DNA of 42,050 nucleotides from Thermoplasmata archaeon (GTDB taxonomy: Archaea; Thermoplasmatota; Thermoplasmata; Lutacidiplasmatales; UBA184). The position numbers and the translations under genes were made by a program. Positions 8,217 through 17,832 of the stretch are shown in pieces (within the stretch, counting starts at the first letter, position 1; each line of letters opens with the position of its first letter). The stretch spans positions 1 to 42,050 of the forward strand of contig JAJZMW010000160.1 in the NCBI GenBank assembly GCA_021848165.1, in the 5' to 3' direction. Below the pieces are notes generated by a model. The model did no database searches and was not told the origin of the DNA. It worked only from the letters and a program-made list of their open reading frames with translations.

Positions 8217-9375
8217 GCTGACGCGGGAACGACCGTCCGAGAGGATCGGAGTCGGCGCTCTTCCCCCGCCCCCGGAGGAAGGCGACCCATCGGAGCGCCT
8301 CCGCTCGGTCCTCCTCCCGCACCGCGATCACGTACGTGTCGAGCGGTGGCTCCCCCTCCGGCCAGCGATCGTTCTCCCGCAACAGGTTCTCGAGGGTCTG
8401 GTCTCCGATCGCGAGGCCGCAGGCCGGAGTCGGGGGCCCGCCGGACCGCTCGATGAGATGGTCGTAGCGGCCGCCGCCGAAGAGCGCGCGCGAGTCGCCC
8501 GTGGTCGCGAACGCTTCGTAGACCGAGGAGGTGTAGTAGGCGAGTCCCCGGACGACCGTCGGGTCGAGTCGCACGCGGTCGGCGATCCCGAGCGAGCCGA
8601 GCAGCCGCAGGAGGCGCCGAAGGCGCTCGACCCCGGCGCGCCCGGCGTCGTCGAGCCCAAGGGCCCCGACGCGATCGAAGAACGCCTCGGCGTCGCGGGG
8701 GCCGATCCCCGTCCCCGTCGACCGGAAGAACTCCTCCAGTTCGCGAGCGCCCCCGCCGGAGAGCCCGCTCGCGATGAGGTCGTCCCGGAACTCCTCGGGG
8801 CGGGCCTTGCGGAACCGATCGACCGCGTGGAAGAACCGGTCGGCGTCGTGCGCTCCGCGCGCCCGGCCGATCGACTCCGCGAGCGCGCGGTCGTTGAGGC
8901 GAAACGCGTAGAGCCCCTCGGCCCCCGCGGCGTCGAGCGCGGCGGAGGCCGTCGCCAGGACCTCGGCGTCGCCCTCCTCGCCGGGGACCCCGAGAAGATC
9001 GAGGTTAAACTGGGAGAACTCGCGCGATCGACCCGACTGCGGCTCCTCGTAGCGCCACAGGCGCGAGATCGTGAACCACTTCACGGGCAACGGCTCCGCC
9101 TTCGCCCGCTCGGCGTAGATCCGGGCGAGCGACGGGGTGGTCTCCGGCGTCAGGGCGACGTCCCGACCGCCCTTGTCCCGGAAGGCGAAGAGCTGGTGGA
9201 CGATCTCCTCGCCGCTCTTCGCGGTGTAGAGATCGAGCGGCTCGACGCTCGGCAGCTCCAGCTCGACGAACCCCGCAAGCCGAGCGGCGGCGCGCATGCG
9301 GCGACGGATCTCGGATCGGGCTCCGGCGTCGGGAGGCGGGTAATCCCGGAAGCCGCGCAGGGTTCCGCCCGTCAT
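8074..9375 (-). CDS. hisS: histidine--tRNA ligase
   Basis: LRGFRDY, class II motifs (RLWRYEEPQSGRSREFSQFN; GGGRYD) and a C-terminal anticodon-binding domain. The start is placed at the MTGGTLRGF ATG (9375). The longer ORF to 9657 would overlap tiaS. Confidence 0.9.
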   Translation of the reverse strand: MTGGTLRGFRDYPPPDAGARSEIRRRMRAAARLAGFVELELPSVEPLDLYTAKSGEEIVHQLFAFRDKGGRDVALTPETTPSLARIYAERAKAEPLPVKWFTISRLWRYEEPQSGRSREFSQFNLDLLGVPGEEGDAEVLATASAALDAAGAEGLYAFRLNDRALAESIGRARGAHDADRFFHAVDRFRKARPEEFRDDLIASGLSGGGARELEEFFRSTGTGIGPRDAEAFFDRVGALGLDDAGRAGVERLRRLLRLLGSLGIADRVRLDPTVVRGLAYYTSSVYEAFATTGDSRALFGGGRYDHLIERSGGPPTPACGLAIGDQTLENLLRENDRWPEGEPPLDTYVIAVREEDRAEALRWVAFLRGRGKSADSDPLGRSFPRQLKEAARRRARRAWIVGLKEAAPHAVVERDLSTGAQREFPPSEAERSA

Positions 9376-9398
9376 CGTCCCGGGCACCGAGGGACCCC

Positions 9399-9404
9399 TA
9401 TTTA
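9399..9404 (-). promoter_or_regulatory. TATA-like element (TAAATA on the minus strand) upstream of hisS
   Basis: AT-rich hexamer about 23 nt upstream of the hisS ATG, consistent with a leaderless or near-leaderless archaeal transcript. It overlaps the tiaS stop codon. Confidence 0.3.
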
Positions 9405-10742
9405 GACCGCGCTCGCCGCGAGCGATCGCACGCGGGGCTCGGGTCCGCGCGGCGCGAGGTGGCGCCGGGCGGAGGGGGTCGGATGGTACGTCCCGCGAGG
9501 GACCGGTGGCACCCGGGCGCGCCACGCGCCGGCTTCGGGCGGCCACCGTCGACCGCATCCCGGGCACCGATAGCCGCGGAGCCGGCCGAGCGAGCGGGCT
9601 CCGCGGCGGCAGGCGGAGCATCGAGGCGCCCCCCGTCGCGGAAGCCGACGCACCCACGCCCGGACCTGGATCCCTTCCAGTCGCACCGATCGGTCCTCGG
9701 AGACGGAACCCCAGACCCGGAGCCGGTCACCGACCACGAGGCGCTGCGCGAGCCGCGGCAGGATCTTCGTCGGCTCGAAGGCGATGCACGGGACTCTCGA
9801 CCCGTCGTGCGCGGTGAGCGGGAAGCGCGCGTGGCCCCCCGCGAGGACGGCGGCGGCCCCCGCCACCGTCCCTTCGAGCGCGACCGTCATCCCCACCGCC
9901 GCCTCGGGGAACGGGAGTTCCACGATGTGATCCCCGGTCCCTTGGTTCGTCGCGAAGAGCAACCATCGGTCGATCGGCTCGGAGCGGAGGGTGGGGAGCG
10001 CCCGCACCGCGTCCGTCGCCCGCATCGCCCGGAGGCCGAAGAGGATCGGGCAGGGGGTGTGGGGGGCGATGAGGAGACGTCGCGTCCGCGGGTCGGTGCA
10101 GAGAAAGAGCGACGGAAACCGTCGCTGCGCGCGCTCCACGCTGGCGCGCTCGACCGTCCGAGGCCGTCCGAGGAGATCCGGTCGACGGTAGGCGATCGCC
10201 TCGTAGCTCCGACGCCGGCCCGGCCAGGCGATCGCGGCCGAGGCCCCCACGACGCCGCGCGGATCGCCGACGAACCGGACCTCGGCGCCGAGGCGCTCGA
10301 CCCGGTCGCGGACGGACTCGACCGCGACCCAACGACGCACCGCTTCCCAGTAGAGGTCCGCGGGAAGGGGCCGGCGGGCCGCGACCATCGCCGGGTCGGT
10401 TCCCGGCTCACCGAGCCGCGAGCCGGCCCGGACGACCTCCCAGGCGCGCTCCACCCAATCGCGTCCCGCGCGATCCGAGAGCTCGCGTCCCCGGCCGAAC
10501 GCACGGACCGCCTGCCCGTCGATCGACCCGATCGAGCGCGCGCGGCCGATCCCGTGCCCGAACCGCGCGGCGAGCGCGGCGTTCCCCCGCGTCTTCCACG
10601 GAGCGTTCGGATTCAGCCGCACGAGCCGCGGCAGGCCTAGGAGATCGATCCGCTCGCTCCGCGCGGCGCGCACCAGCTCGGTGAGGACGTGGGTGGTGCA
10701 TCCCCCGCGCGGGCTGTCGGTGTCGTCGAGGCCGATCCACAT
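9402..10742 (-). CDS. tiaS: tRNA(Ile2) 2-agmatinylcytidine synthetase
   Basis: N-terminal MWIGLDDTDSPRGGCTTH signature, a central OB-like region and a C-terminal zinc ribbon (CSAC...CPGC). Confidence 0.85.
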   Translation of the reverse strand: MWIGLDDTDSPRGGCTTHVLTELVRAARSERIDLLGLPRLVRLNPNAPWKTRGNAALAARFGHGIGRARSIGSIDGQAVRAFGRGRELSDRAGRDWVERAWEVVRAGSRLGEPGTDPAMVAARRPLPADLYWEAVRRWVAVESVRDRVERLGAEVRFVGDPRGVVGASAAIAWPGRRRSYEAIAYRRPDLLGRPRTVERASVERAQRRFPSLFLCTDPRTRRLLIAPHTPCPILFGLRAMRATDAVRALPTLRSEPIDRWLLFATNQGTGDHIVELPFPEAAVGMTVALEGTVAGAAAVLAGGHARFPLTAHDGSRVPCIAFEPTKILPRLAQRLVVGDRLRVWGSVSEDRSVRLEGIQVRAWVRRLPRRGAPRCSACRRGARSLGRLRGYRCPGCGRRWPPEAGAWRARVPPVPRGTYHPTPSARRHLAPRGPEPRVRSLAASAV

Positions 10743-10760
10743 CGATCGGCGCCGAGCCCC

Positions 10761-11633
10761 TTACCCGACGGCGCGCAGGAGCTTCGTGTATCCCTCGAGG
10801 TTCGCCTCGAGGCGGATGTCGGACTGCGCCGGCCCGACCCCATCGGGAAGCAGGATCTTCTCGAGCCCGACCTCGTCCTTCTCGGACGCGGCGGGGCGGT
10901 GCATCACGCCGACCGGGATCTTCCCCTTCTGCCGGGTCTCTTGGCAGAGCCGGAACATCACCTGCCGATCGGTCGGGTCGTATCCGTCGAGCTTCGCCAC
11001 GTCCTGGACCTTCTCGCGCCAGAGCTTGTAGGTGTCGTTGTAGGTGACGCACGGCGAGAGGTCCTCGACGAAGGCGAAGCCGCGGTGCGCGCGGACGAAC
11101 TCGAGCGCCTCGATCAGCACCGTCGTCATCGTCTTCGGGTCCCCCGAGAACGTTCGGGCGATGAAGTTCGGCACCGGGATGCTCAGCGCGGTGAGGATCG
11201 CGTCGAACGGGTGCTCGACGTTCCCCTCGAAGCCGACCTGGCTCGTGGGGGAGGCCTGGCCCTTCGTGAGACCGTAGGTCTCGTTGTTCATGACGAGGTA
11301 GAGGAGGGAGGCGTTCTTCTTGAACGCGTGCATGAAGTGACCCATCCCGATCGCATAGCCGTCGCCGTCGCCTCCCGCGGCCACGACCGTGAGCTCGGGG
11401 TTCGCGAGCTTGACGCCGACCGCCTGGGCGAGGAGGCGCCCGTGCAAGGCGTGGATCCCGTTGATCTCGAGGAAATTGTGGATCGACCCGGAGCATCCGA
11501 TCCCTCCGACCAGGATCAGCTGATGCGGCGGGATCTGGAGCTGGCTCGCGGCCTTCTTGACGCTCGCAAGGACCCCGAAGTCGCCGCACCCGGGGCACCA
11601 GATCGGCTGGACCGGCTTCGCGGAGACCACCAT
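10761..11633 (-). CDS. korB: 2-oxoacid:ferredoxin oxidoreductase, beta (TPP-binding) subunit
   Basis: WCPGCGDFG and GGDGDGYAIGMGHF TPP-binding motifs. The ATG at 11633 lies 2 nt downstream of the alpha-subunit stop. Confidence 0.9.
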   Translation of the reverse strand: MVVSAKPVQPIWCPGCGDFGVLASVKKAASQLQIPPHQLILVGGIGCSGSIHNFLEINGIHALHGRLLAQAVGVKLANPELTVVAAGGDGDGYAIGMGHFMHAFKKNASLLYLVMNNETYGLTKGQASPTSQVGFEGNVEHPFDAILTALSIPVPNFIARTFSGDPKTMTTVLIEALEFVRAHRGFAFVEDLSPCVTYNDTYKLWREKVQDVAKLDGYDPTDRQVMFRLCQETRQKGKIPVGVMHRPAASEKDEVGLEKILLPDGVGPAQSDIRLEANLEGYTKLLRAVG

Positions 11634-11635
11634 CG

Positions 11636-13432
11636 TTAGACGCCTCCCTGGACGGCTTGCACGATCTCGGGGGACCGGAAGGAATGGCCGTCGTACTTGC
11701 GCACGCTGCGCAACTTCGCATGGTGCCACGGGAGCGACTCCCGCAGGAGGTTCGCGTACTGGCCCGTGTAGTTCTGCTCGACCACGTAGCAGACGTCGAC
11801 CCGGGCGAGGAACGGATCGATCTCGGGGACGGGGACCGGGAAGATCGTGCGGGGCTGGTAGAGCCGGGTCGATAGATGCTGCGCGCTCGCAAGCGTCTCC
11901 TGCGCTTCCTGGATCGGTCCGATGGTGCTCCCGTAGCCGATGAGGCCGACCCGCGCCTCCTCGGGTCCGAAGAAGTTCCCGGCGGGCAGATCCGCCCGCG
12001 CGCGCTCCAGCTTTCCCATGCGCTTGGCCATCATCTTCAAGCGGTTGGGCACGGCGACGGAGACGTGCCCCCACTCGTCGTGCTCGTTGCCGGTGATCTC
12101 CGCCCACACCCCGGGGGTCCCGGGGGGGGCGTACGGCGAGATGCCGTCCTCCGAGAAACGGTAGGCCTTGTACTCGGTCAGTTTCGCGACCTCCTCTCCC
12201 GTCAGGATCGCCCCGCGCTGGACGTGGACGCGGGAGAGGTCGAACCGCGGGCTCGTGGTGGTGTTCTGACAGAGCGCTTGGTCGAGGAGGAGCAGCACCG
12301 GCACGCGCCACTTCTCCGCGAGGTTCAGCGCGTCGACCGTCATCTCGAAACATTCTTGGGGCGTGCCGGGGGCGAGGACGAAACGGGGATACTCCCCGTG
12401 ACCGAGATGGACGAGGTGGGCGAGGTCGGACTGCTCCTGCCGGGTCGGCTGGCCGGTGGACGGACCGACCCGCTGGCAATCGGCGACGACGATCGGGAGC
12501 TCCGCCGCCCCCGCGTGACCGATCCCCTCGGTCATGAGCGAAAGGCCGGGCCCGCTCGTCGACGTCATCGAGCGCACGCCGGCGTAGGCGGCGCCGATGA
12601 CCATGTTGATCGCGGCGAGCTCGTCCTCCGCCTGGCGGACGACCCCGTGGAACGGCGGGAGGTAGCGCTGGAGGTACTCCATGATCTCGGTCGCGGGCGT
12701 GATCGGGTAGCCGGCGAAGAAGCGACCGCCCCCCACGACGAAGCCCAAGGCGACCGCCTGATTGCCGATCGTCAGGATGTGGTCGTGCGCGTCGCCGCGG
12801 GCGACCTCCCAGCGATGCGGGAGATCCGGGACCGCCTCCGCCGCCTGGCGGCCGATCGCGAGCGCCTTGAGGTTCTTCTGGAGCGCCTCGGCGCCCCGCC
12901 GCTGGAACCGCTCCTCGATGACCGCGTTCGTGATCTTCTCGTCGAACCCAAGGAGGACGCTCAACGCCCCGTAGGCCGCCGTGTTCTTGTAGATCGGCTG
13001 GCCGACCTGCCCCCCGACCAGCGTCGCGAACGGGAACCCGTAGGAGTTCGGGAGCGAGGTCTGGAAGACGGAGGAATCGTAGATGATGACCCCGTCCGGC
13101 ACGAGCTCCTTGTGCCCGAGTTCGGCCGCCTCCTCATCGAAGGCCAGCAGCACATCGACCTGCGGCTTCACCGCGGCCGCCGGTTGCCGGGACGCGCGGA
13201 CGGAGGCGTCGGCATGGCCCCCGCGGATGCGGGACAGCACGTTCCGGGACGTGTACACGTAGAGGCCCTGCTTTCGGAAGTAGCGACCGAGAAGGTCGGA
13301 GACGGTCAACGTCCCGTCGCCGCCCTGCCCTCCGATCATCACGCTGAGGTCCGCGAGGGTCTTCGCGGGCCGCGGCGGCGAACGAGCGGAATCGTGGACG
13401 GTGGGGGCGATTTCGGCGGCCGGAGTCGTCAT
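11636..13432 (-). CDS. korA: 2-oxoacid:ferredoxin oxidoreductase, alpha subunit (fused gamma+alpha domains, two-subunit OFOR type)
   Basis: The N-terminal gamma-like segment IGGQGGDG is followed by the alpha domain (GYPITPATEI, SGPGLSLM). The start is placed at ATG 13432 because a TATA-like box would otherwise fall inside the ORF. The alternative start is 13513. Confidence 0.85.
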   Translation of the reverse strand: MTTPAAEIAPTVHDSARSPPRPAKTLADLSVMIGGQGGDGTLTVSDLLGRYFRKQGLYVYTSRNVLSRIRGGHADASVRASRQPAAAVKPQVDVLLAFDEEAAELGHKELVPDGVIIYDSSVFQTSLPNSYGFPFATLVGGQVGQPIYKNTAAYGALSVLLGFDEKITNAVIEERFQRRGAEALQKNLKALAIGRQAAEAVPDLPHRWEVARGDAHDHILTIGNQAVALGFVVGGGRFFAGYPITPATEIMEYLQRYLPPFHGVVRQAEDELAAINMVIGAAYAGVRSMTSTSGPGLSLMTEGIGHAGAAELPIVVADCQRVGPSTGQPTRQEQSDLAHLVHLGHGEYPRFVLAPGTPQECFEMTVDALNLAEKWRVPVLLLLDQALCQNTTTSPRFDLSRVHVQRGAILTGEEVAKLTEYKAYRFSEDGISPYAPPGTPGVWAEITGNEHDEWGHVSVAVPNRLKMMAKRMGKLERARADLPAGNFFGPEEARVGLIGYGSTIGPIQEAQETLASAQHLSTRLYQPRTIFPVPVPEIDPFLARVDVCYVVEQNYTGQYANLLRESLPWHHAKLRSVRKYDGHSFRSPEIVQAVQGGV

Positions 13433-13467
13433 GGTAGCTTTGCCCGGCGCCTCGGCGGCGTCGGCGA

Positions 13468-13481
13468 TCGATTCGAATCGA
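13468..13481. promoter_or_regulatory. perfect 14-nt palindrome TCGATTCGAATCGA in the divergent OFOR / 2-oxoacid-elongation intergenic region
   Basis: Read directly from the sequence. It sits between the TATA-like box (13488-13494) and the OFOR alpha start (13432), which is the position expected for an operator near the transcription start. Confidence 0.35.
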
Positions 13482-13487
13482 GCGCGG

Positions 13488-13494
13488 TATTTAA
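13488..13494 (-). promoter_or_regulatory. TATA-like element (TTAAATA on the minus strand) for the OFOR operon
   Basis: AT-only heptamer in GC-rich intergenic DNA, about 56 nt upstream of the ATG at 13432. Confidence 0.35.
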
Positions 13495-13633
13495 CGCATG
13501 GGCCGCCGCTCACCTCGGAGGAAGCGGAGGCACGCGAGGCTCCCGCTCCGCTCCCCCGGACCCGCGCCGGCCGAGCGCCGGGCCGAACTCCTCACGGTAA
13601 ACTTATCTGAGAATCCCGGGTCGCTTGGGTCGG

Positions 13634-14881
13634 ATGGGCGCCGAGGAGAATCTGGTCGAGGACTACCACGCTCGGACCGCCGCGGAGCGACGCATCGCCC
13701 CCCGGATCGAGTTCTGGGACGAAACGCTCCGGGACGGCGAGCAGATGCCCGGGGTCCACTATTCTCCCGAGGAGAAGCTCCGCATCGCCGAACTCCTCAG
13801 CGAGATCGGCGTTCCGATCATCGACGCGGGGATCCCGGTCGTCTCCGCGGAGGAGGCCGCCTCCGTTCACCGGCTCGCGCATGCCGGCCTGCGGGCGAAG
13901 GTCCTCGGATCGGCCCGGACCGTGCCCGGCGATGTCGAAGCGGTCATTCGATCGGGCGCGAGCCACATCGCGATCTTCGTCGCCGCGAGCAACGTCCATC
14001 TCAAGTTCAAGCTCAAAATGACGCAGGAGGAGGTCCTCGAGCACGCGCTCGCCTGCGTTCGCCGCGCGAAGGAGGCCGGCCTCCACACCTCGTTCGTGAC
14101 CGAGGATACCGTCCGGGCGCCGTTCGAGTTCGTCGAGCGGCTCTACCGGGAGGTCCAGAACGCTGGGGCGGACCGCTTGGTGGTGGCGGACACCGTCGGG
14201 ATCATGACCCCCCTCACCTTCCGCTGGTGGCTCGGCGAGTTCCAACGACGCGTTCGACCGAAGGACCTCTCGGTCCACTGCCACAACGACTTCGGGCTTG
14301 CCACGGCGAACACGCTCACCGCGGTCGAGATGGGCGCGGTCGCGCCCCACACCTGCGTCAACGGCCTCGGCGAGCGGAGCGGGAACGCCGCGTTCGAAGA
14401 GGTCGCCTTCGCTCTCGAGCGTCTCTACGGGGTGCGGACGGGACTGAAGCTCGACCGGATCTACGAGGTCTCCCGTCTGGTCGAGGAGCTCTCGGGCATC
14501 CCCGTCCCCGCGAACAAGGCGCTCGTCGGATACTTCTCGTTCAGCCATGAGGCGGGGATCCACACCCACGGCATCCTGGCCCACACGGCGACCTACGAGC
14601 CGATGCAGCCCGAGGCGATCGGCCGGGAGCGCCAGATGATTCTCGGCAAGCATACGGGCAAGGCGGCGCTCGCGGAGAAGCTCAAGGGGAAGGGGATCGC
14701 CGCGCCGGATCCCGTTCTCTCGGAGATCCTCCGCAAGGTGAAGGAAGCGAGCGAGTCCCGTTCGAAGGAGGAGCTGCGTCGCTTCCTCCGGGAGTATCGG
14801 TCCCTCTTCGAACGGCCCGGGATCAGCGACGACGAATTCTGGAAGATGGTGGCGGACGCCGGCATCCAGGTCGCCGCATGA
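13634..14881 (+). CDS. 2-isopropylmalate / homocitrate / citramalate synthase family enzyme (short form, no LeuA regulatory domain)
   Basis: DRE-TIM motifs: WDETLRDGEQ, HCHNDFGLATANT and GLGERSGNA. At about 415 aa it lacks the C-terminal LeuA allosteric domain. ATG at 13634; an alternative TTG lies at 13625. Confidence 0.85.
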   Translation: MGAEENLVEDYHARTAAERRIAPRIEFWDETLRDGEQMPGVHYSPEEKLRIAELLSEIGVPIIDAGIPVVSAEEAASVHRLAHAGLRAKVLGSARTVPGDVEAVIRSGASHIAIFVAASNVHLKFKLKMTQEEVLEHALACVRRAKEAGLHTSFVTEDTVRAPFEFVERLYREVQNAGADRLVVADTVGIMTPLTFRWWLGEFQRRVRPKDLSVHCHNDFGLATANTLTAVEMGAVAPHTCVNGLGERSGNAAFEEVAFALERLYGVRTGLKLDRIYEVSRLVEELSGIPVPANKALVGYFSFSHEAGIHTHGILAHTATYEPMQPEAIGRERQMILGKHTGKAALAEKLKGKGIAAPDPVLSEILRKVKEASESRSKEELRRFLREYRSLFERPGISDDEFWKMVADAGIQVAA

Positions 14882-16164
14882 GCGCGACGGCGCGGGGCCA
14901 TGGAATGACCCTGGCGGAGAAGATCCTCGCCCGGGCCTCGGCGACCGAGTCGGTCGTGCCCGGCCAGATCGTCGAGGGGACCGTCGACCTCGCGATGATG
15001 CACGAGCAGGGCGCGCAAACGGTGCAGCCGTTCCACGAGATGGGCGCCACCCGGGTATGGGACCCCGACCGCGTGGTCATCGCCATCGATCACTGGGTCC
15101 CGGCGTCGACCGAGGGGGCGGCGGTGCTCCATCGGATCCTCCGCAAGTTCGCGGACGAGGTCCACCTTCCACACTTCTACGACGTCGGGAACCACGGCAT
15201 CTGTCACCAGATCCTCGCGGAGAACGGGTGGGTCGTTCCGGGGGATCTGGCCGTCGGCACGGACTCTCACACGAACATGCTCGGCGCGATGGGGGCGGTC
15301 GCGGCCGGCATCGGCCCGACCGAGATGGCGGCGGTCCTGGCCCTCGGACGGCTGTGGCTCAAGGTGCCGCCCACGCTCCGCATCGAGGTCCGGGGAACCC
15401 TCGGACCGGGGGTCACGGCGAAGGATCTCGTGCTGCGGACGCTCGGCGAGGTGAAGACGACCGGCGCCACCTACAAGGCGGTCGAATGGACCGGACCCAC
15501 GATCGCGAAGCTCGGCATGCCCGAGCGCCTGACGATCTGCAACATGACGACCGAGATGGGGGCGAAGTGCGGGATGGTTGCCCCGGACGGGACGACCATG
15601 GAGTATCTCGCGCGGACCGCGAAGCACGCGATGCACCCGCTGCAACCGGACGCCGACGCGAGCTACGAACGGATCCTCCGCCTCGATGTCGACGGGATGC
15701 CGCCGATGGTGGCGTGCCCGTACTCCCCCGACAACGTGCGCCCGCTCCCCGAGGTCGCGCGGGAGCACATCCGCGTCGATCAGGCGTTCCTCGGCTCCTG
15801 CACGAACGCCCGGATCGAGGATCTCCGAGAAGGCGCCGCGATCCTCAAGGGCCACAAGGTCCACCCCCGGGTCCGGTTCATCGTCTCGCCGGCGTCGACC
15901 GCGATCTATCGCCAGTGCCTGAGCGAGGGGCTCGTCGACCTCTACACCGAGGCCGGCGCGGTCTTCACGAACTCGAGCTGCTCCGCGTGCTTTGGTGGGA
16001 ACATGGGCATCATCGCCCCGGACGAGGTCTGCGCCTCCTCCTCGAACCGCAACTTCCCCGGGCGCATGGGACCGAAGGAGGGCCGCATCTACCTCATGTC
16101 CCCCGCCGCGACCGTCGCGGCGGCGATCCGCGGCGAGCTCGCCGATCCCCGGGAGTACGCCTAG
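14878..16164 (+). CDS. leuC: 3-isopropylmalate dehydratase / homoaconitase large subunit
   Basis: Aconitase-family large subunit: MTLAEKIL, GTDSHT, GSCTNARIEDL, and the Fe-S ligand region NSSCSACFG. ATGA overlap with the synthase gene. Confidence 0.85.
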   Translation: MSATARGHGMTLAEKILARASATESVVPGQIVEGTVDLAMMHEQGAQTVQPFHEMGATRVWDPDRVVIAIDHWVPASTEGAAVLHRILRKFADEVHLPHFYDVGNHGICHQILAENGWVVPGDLAVGTDSHTNMLGAMGAVAAGIGPTEMAAVLALGRLWLKVPPTLRIEVRGTLGPGVTAKDLVLRTLGEVKTTGATYKAVEWTGPTIAKLGMPERLTICNMTTEMGAKCGMVAPDGTTMEYLARTAKHAMHPLQPDADASYERILRLDVDGMPPMVACPYSPDNVRPLPEVAREHIRVDQAFLGSCTNARIEDLREGAAILKGHKVHPRVRFIVSPASTAIYRQCLSEGLVDLYTEAGAVFTNSSCSACFGGNMGIIAPDEVCASSSNRNFPGRMGPKEGRIYLMSPAATVAAAIRGELADPREYA

Positions 16165-16171
16165 AGGGAGG

Positions 16172-16702
16172 ATGCGCGAGATCATCGAGGGCCGGGTGTG
16201 GACGCTCGGCCGGGACGTCGACACCGACCAGATCATCTCGGGGAAGTACCTGACGATCATCGATCCGAACGTCCTGAAGACCAAGGTTCTCGAGATCGGC
16301 CTGCCCGAGTTCGCCAGCCAATCGCGCCCGGGGGACATCCTCGTCGCCGACGCCAACTTCGGCTCCGGCTCGAGCCGGGAGCACGCGCCGCAGGCGCTGC
16401 GGGCCGCCGGAGTCGGGGCGATCGTCGCCGATTCGTTCGCCCGCATCTTTTACCGCAACTCGATCAATCTCGGGATCCCGACGATCGAGGCCCCGGGGGT
16501 CCGCGCGCTCTTCGAGAGGTTCGACCCCGCCCGCATCGACATGCGCGCGGGGTCGGTGACGAACGTCCGCACCGGTCGGTCGATCTCCTTCCCTCCGCTG
16601 CCGCCCCACCTGATCGATCTCTTGGAGGCGGGCGGATTGGTGGAGAAGGTCCGCCGCGAGCTCGCGGCGCGCCACCCACCCGCGGGGACGATGCCCCGAT
16701 GA
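16172..16702 (+). CDS. leuD: 3-isopropylmalate dehydratase / homoaconitase small subunit
   Basis: GRVW..G.DVDTDQIISGKYL, NFGSGSSREHAP and FARIFYRNSINLG. GGAGG lies directly upstream of the ATG. Confidence 0.85.
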   Translation: MREIIEGRVWTLGRDVDTDQIISGKYLTIIDPNVLKTKVLEIGLPEFASQSRPGDILVADANFGSGSSREHAPQALRAAGVGAIVADSFARIFYRNSINLGIPTIEAPGVRALFERFDPARIDMRAGSVTNVRTGRSISFPPLPPHLIDLLEAGGLVEKVRRELAARHPPAGTMPR

Positions 16703-17832
16703 GGAGCGCGCGCGCCGAGATCGCCGTTCTCCCGGGCGACGGGATCGGACCCGAGGTGATCCGCGAGGGAGAGAAGGTGCTCGCGGCTCTCGGCGAGAAC
16801 GGCGCCGCCCCGTGGAACCTCACCCGGTACCCCGGCGGCGCGGAGTACTACGAACGGACCGGCCGGGAGTGGGAGCCCGAAGCCGAGGCGGCGACGGAGC
16901 GCGCCGACGCGATCCTCCTGGGCGCGGTCGGCAAGCCCGGGGTCTCGCTCCCCAACGGGGACATCGCCGGGGCCGCCCTCGTGCTCGGACTCCGAACGAA
17001 CCTCGATCTGTACGCGAACGTCCGCCCGTGCCGTCTGTACCCCGGGGTGCTCCACCGCGTCCACGCCTCCTACCAGCAGATCTGGCGGCCGGAGCTGGTC
17101 GACATGATCCTCGTCCGAGAGAACACGGAGGATCTCTACGCCCCGCTGCACGGCCGCCTGAGCCGCGCGCACGAGACCGAGGTCGCGGTCGACACCCGCC
17201 TCATCACTCGCAAGGGCGCGGAGCGGGTCGTGCGACGCGCCTTCGAGATCGCCCAACGGCGGGGGAAGGGGGCCCCCGAGGACCAGCGGCTCCGCCTCAC
17301 GTGCGTCGACAAGTCGAACGTGATGGAGGGATGCCGGTTCTTCCGGGAGACCTACGACCGCGTGAGCGCCGAGTTCCCCGGGGTCGACCGGGACTACGCT
17401 TACGTCGACGCGTTCACCCAGTGGCTCGTCCGCAACCCGGAACACTTCGACGTCGTGGTCGCCCCCAACATGATGGGCGACATCATCACCGATCTCGCGA
17501 GCGTCCTCCAGGGAGGGATGGGGTTCGCCGCCGGAGGGAACCTCGGCGACCGTCACGCGATGTTCGAGCCGGTCCACGGGAGCGCGCCCAAGTACGCGGG
17601 TCGCGACCAGGTGAACCCGTTCGCGACGTTCTTCGCGATCGAGATGATGCTGCGCTACCTCGGCGACCGACGGGGGGACGGTACGTTCTCGGCCCAGGCC
17701 GACCGGCTCGAGCGAGCGATCGCCGGCATCCTCGCCGACGGCGCGGCGCGGACCTACGACCAGGGGGGTACCGCCCGGACCAGCGAGGTCGGCGACCGCG
17801 TCGCGGCCGCGGTGCGCGGAGAGCGTCGATGA
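16699..17832 (+). CDS. isopropylmalate / homoisocitrate / tartrate dehydrogenase family (beta-decarboxylating dehydrogenase)
   Basis: LPGDGIGPEV, LYANVRP, VRENTEDLY, NMMGDIITDL and FEPVHGSAP. ATGA overlap with the upstream gene. Confidence 0.85.
   Translation: MRSARAEIAVLPGDGIGPEVIREGEKVLAALGENGAAPWNLTRYPGGAEYYERTGREWEPEAEAATERADAILLGAVGKPGVSLPNGDIAGAALVLGLRTNLDLYANVRPCRLYPGVLHRVHASYQQIWRPELVDMILVRENTEDLYAPLHGRLSRAHETEVAVDTRLITRKGAERVVRRAFEIAQRRGKGAPEDQRLRLTCVDKSNVMEGCRFFRETYDRVSAEFPGVDRDYAYVDAFTQWLVRNPEHFDVVVAPNMMGDIITDLASVLQGGMGFAAGGNLGDRHAMFEPVHGSAPKYAGRDQVNPFATFFAIEMMLRYLGDRRGDGTFSAQADRLERAIAGILADGAARTYDQGGTARTSEVGDRVAAAVRGERR

Noticed and set aside
9376-9657. N-terminal 94-codon extension of the hisS ORF
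   Set aside because: The extension is Arg/Pro/Ala-rich and would overlap the 3' end of tiaS. Conserved HisRS sequence begins right after the internal ATG at 9375, which also has a TATA-like element ~23 nt upstream.
13462-13490. GATTCGAATC resembling a tRNA T-arm (GGTTCGAATCC-like)
   Set aside because: No flanking acceptor, D or anticodon arms can be folded around it. It is better explained as a palindromic protein-binding site.
13433-13513. Upstream ATG (13513) for the OFOR alpha subunit
   Set aside because: Using it would place the TATA-like box and the 14-nt palindrome inside the coding region. ATG 13432 is preferred, but the longer form cannot be fully excluded.
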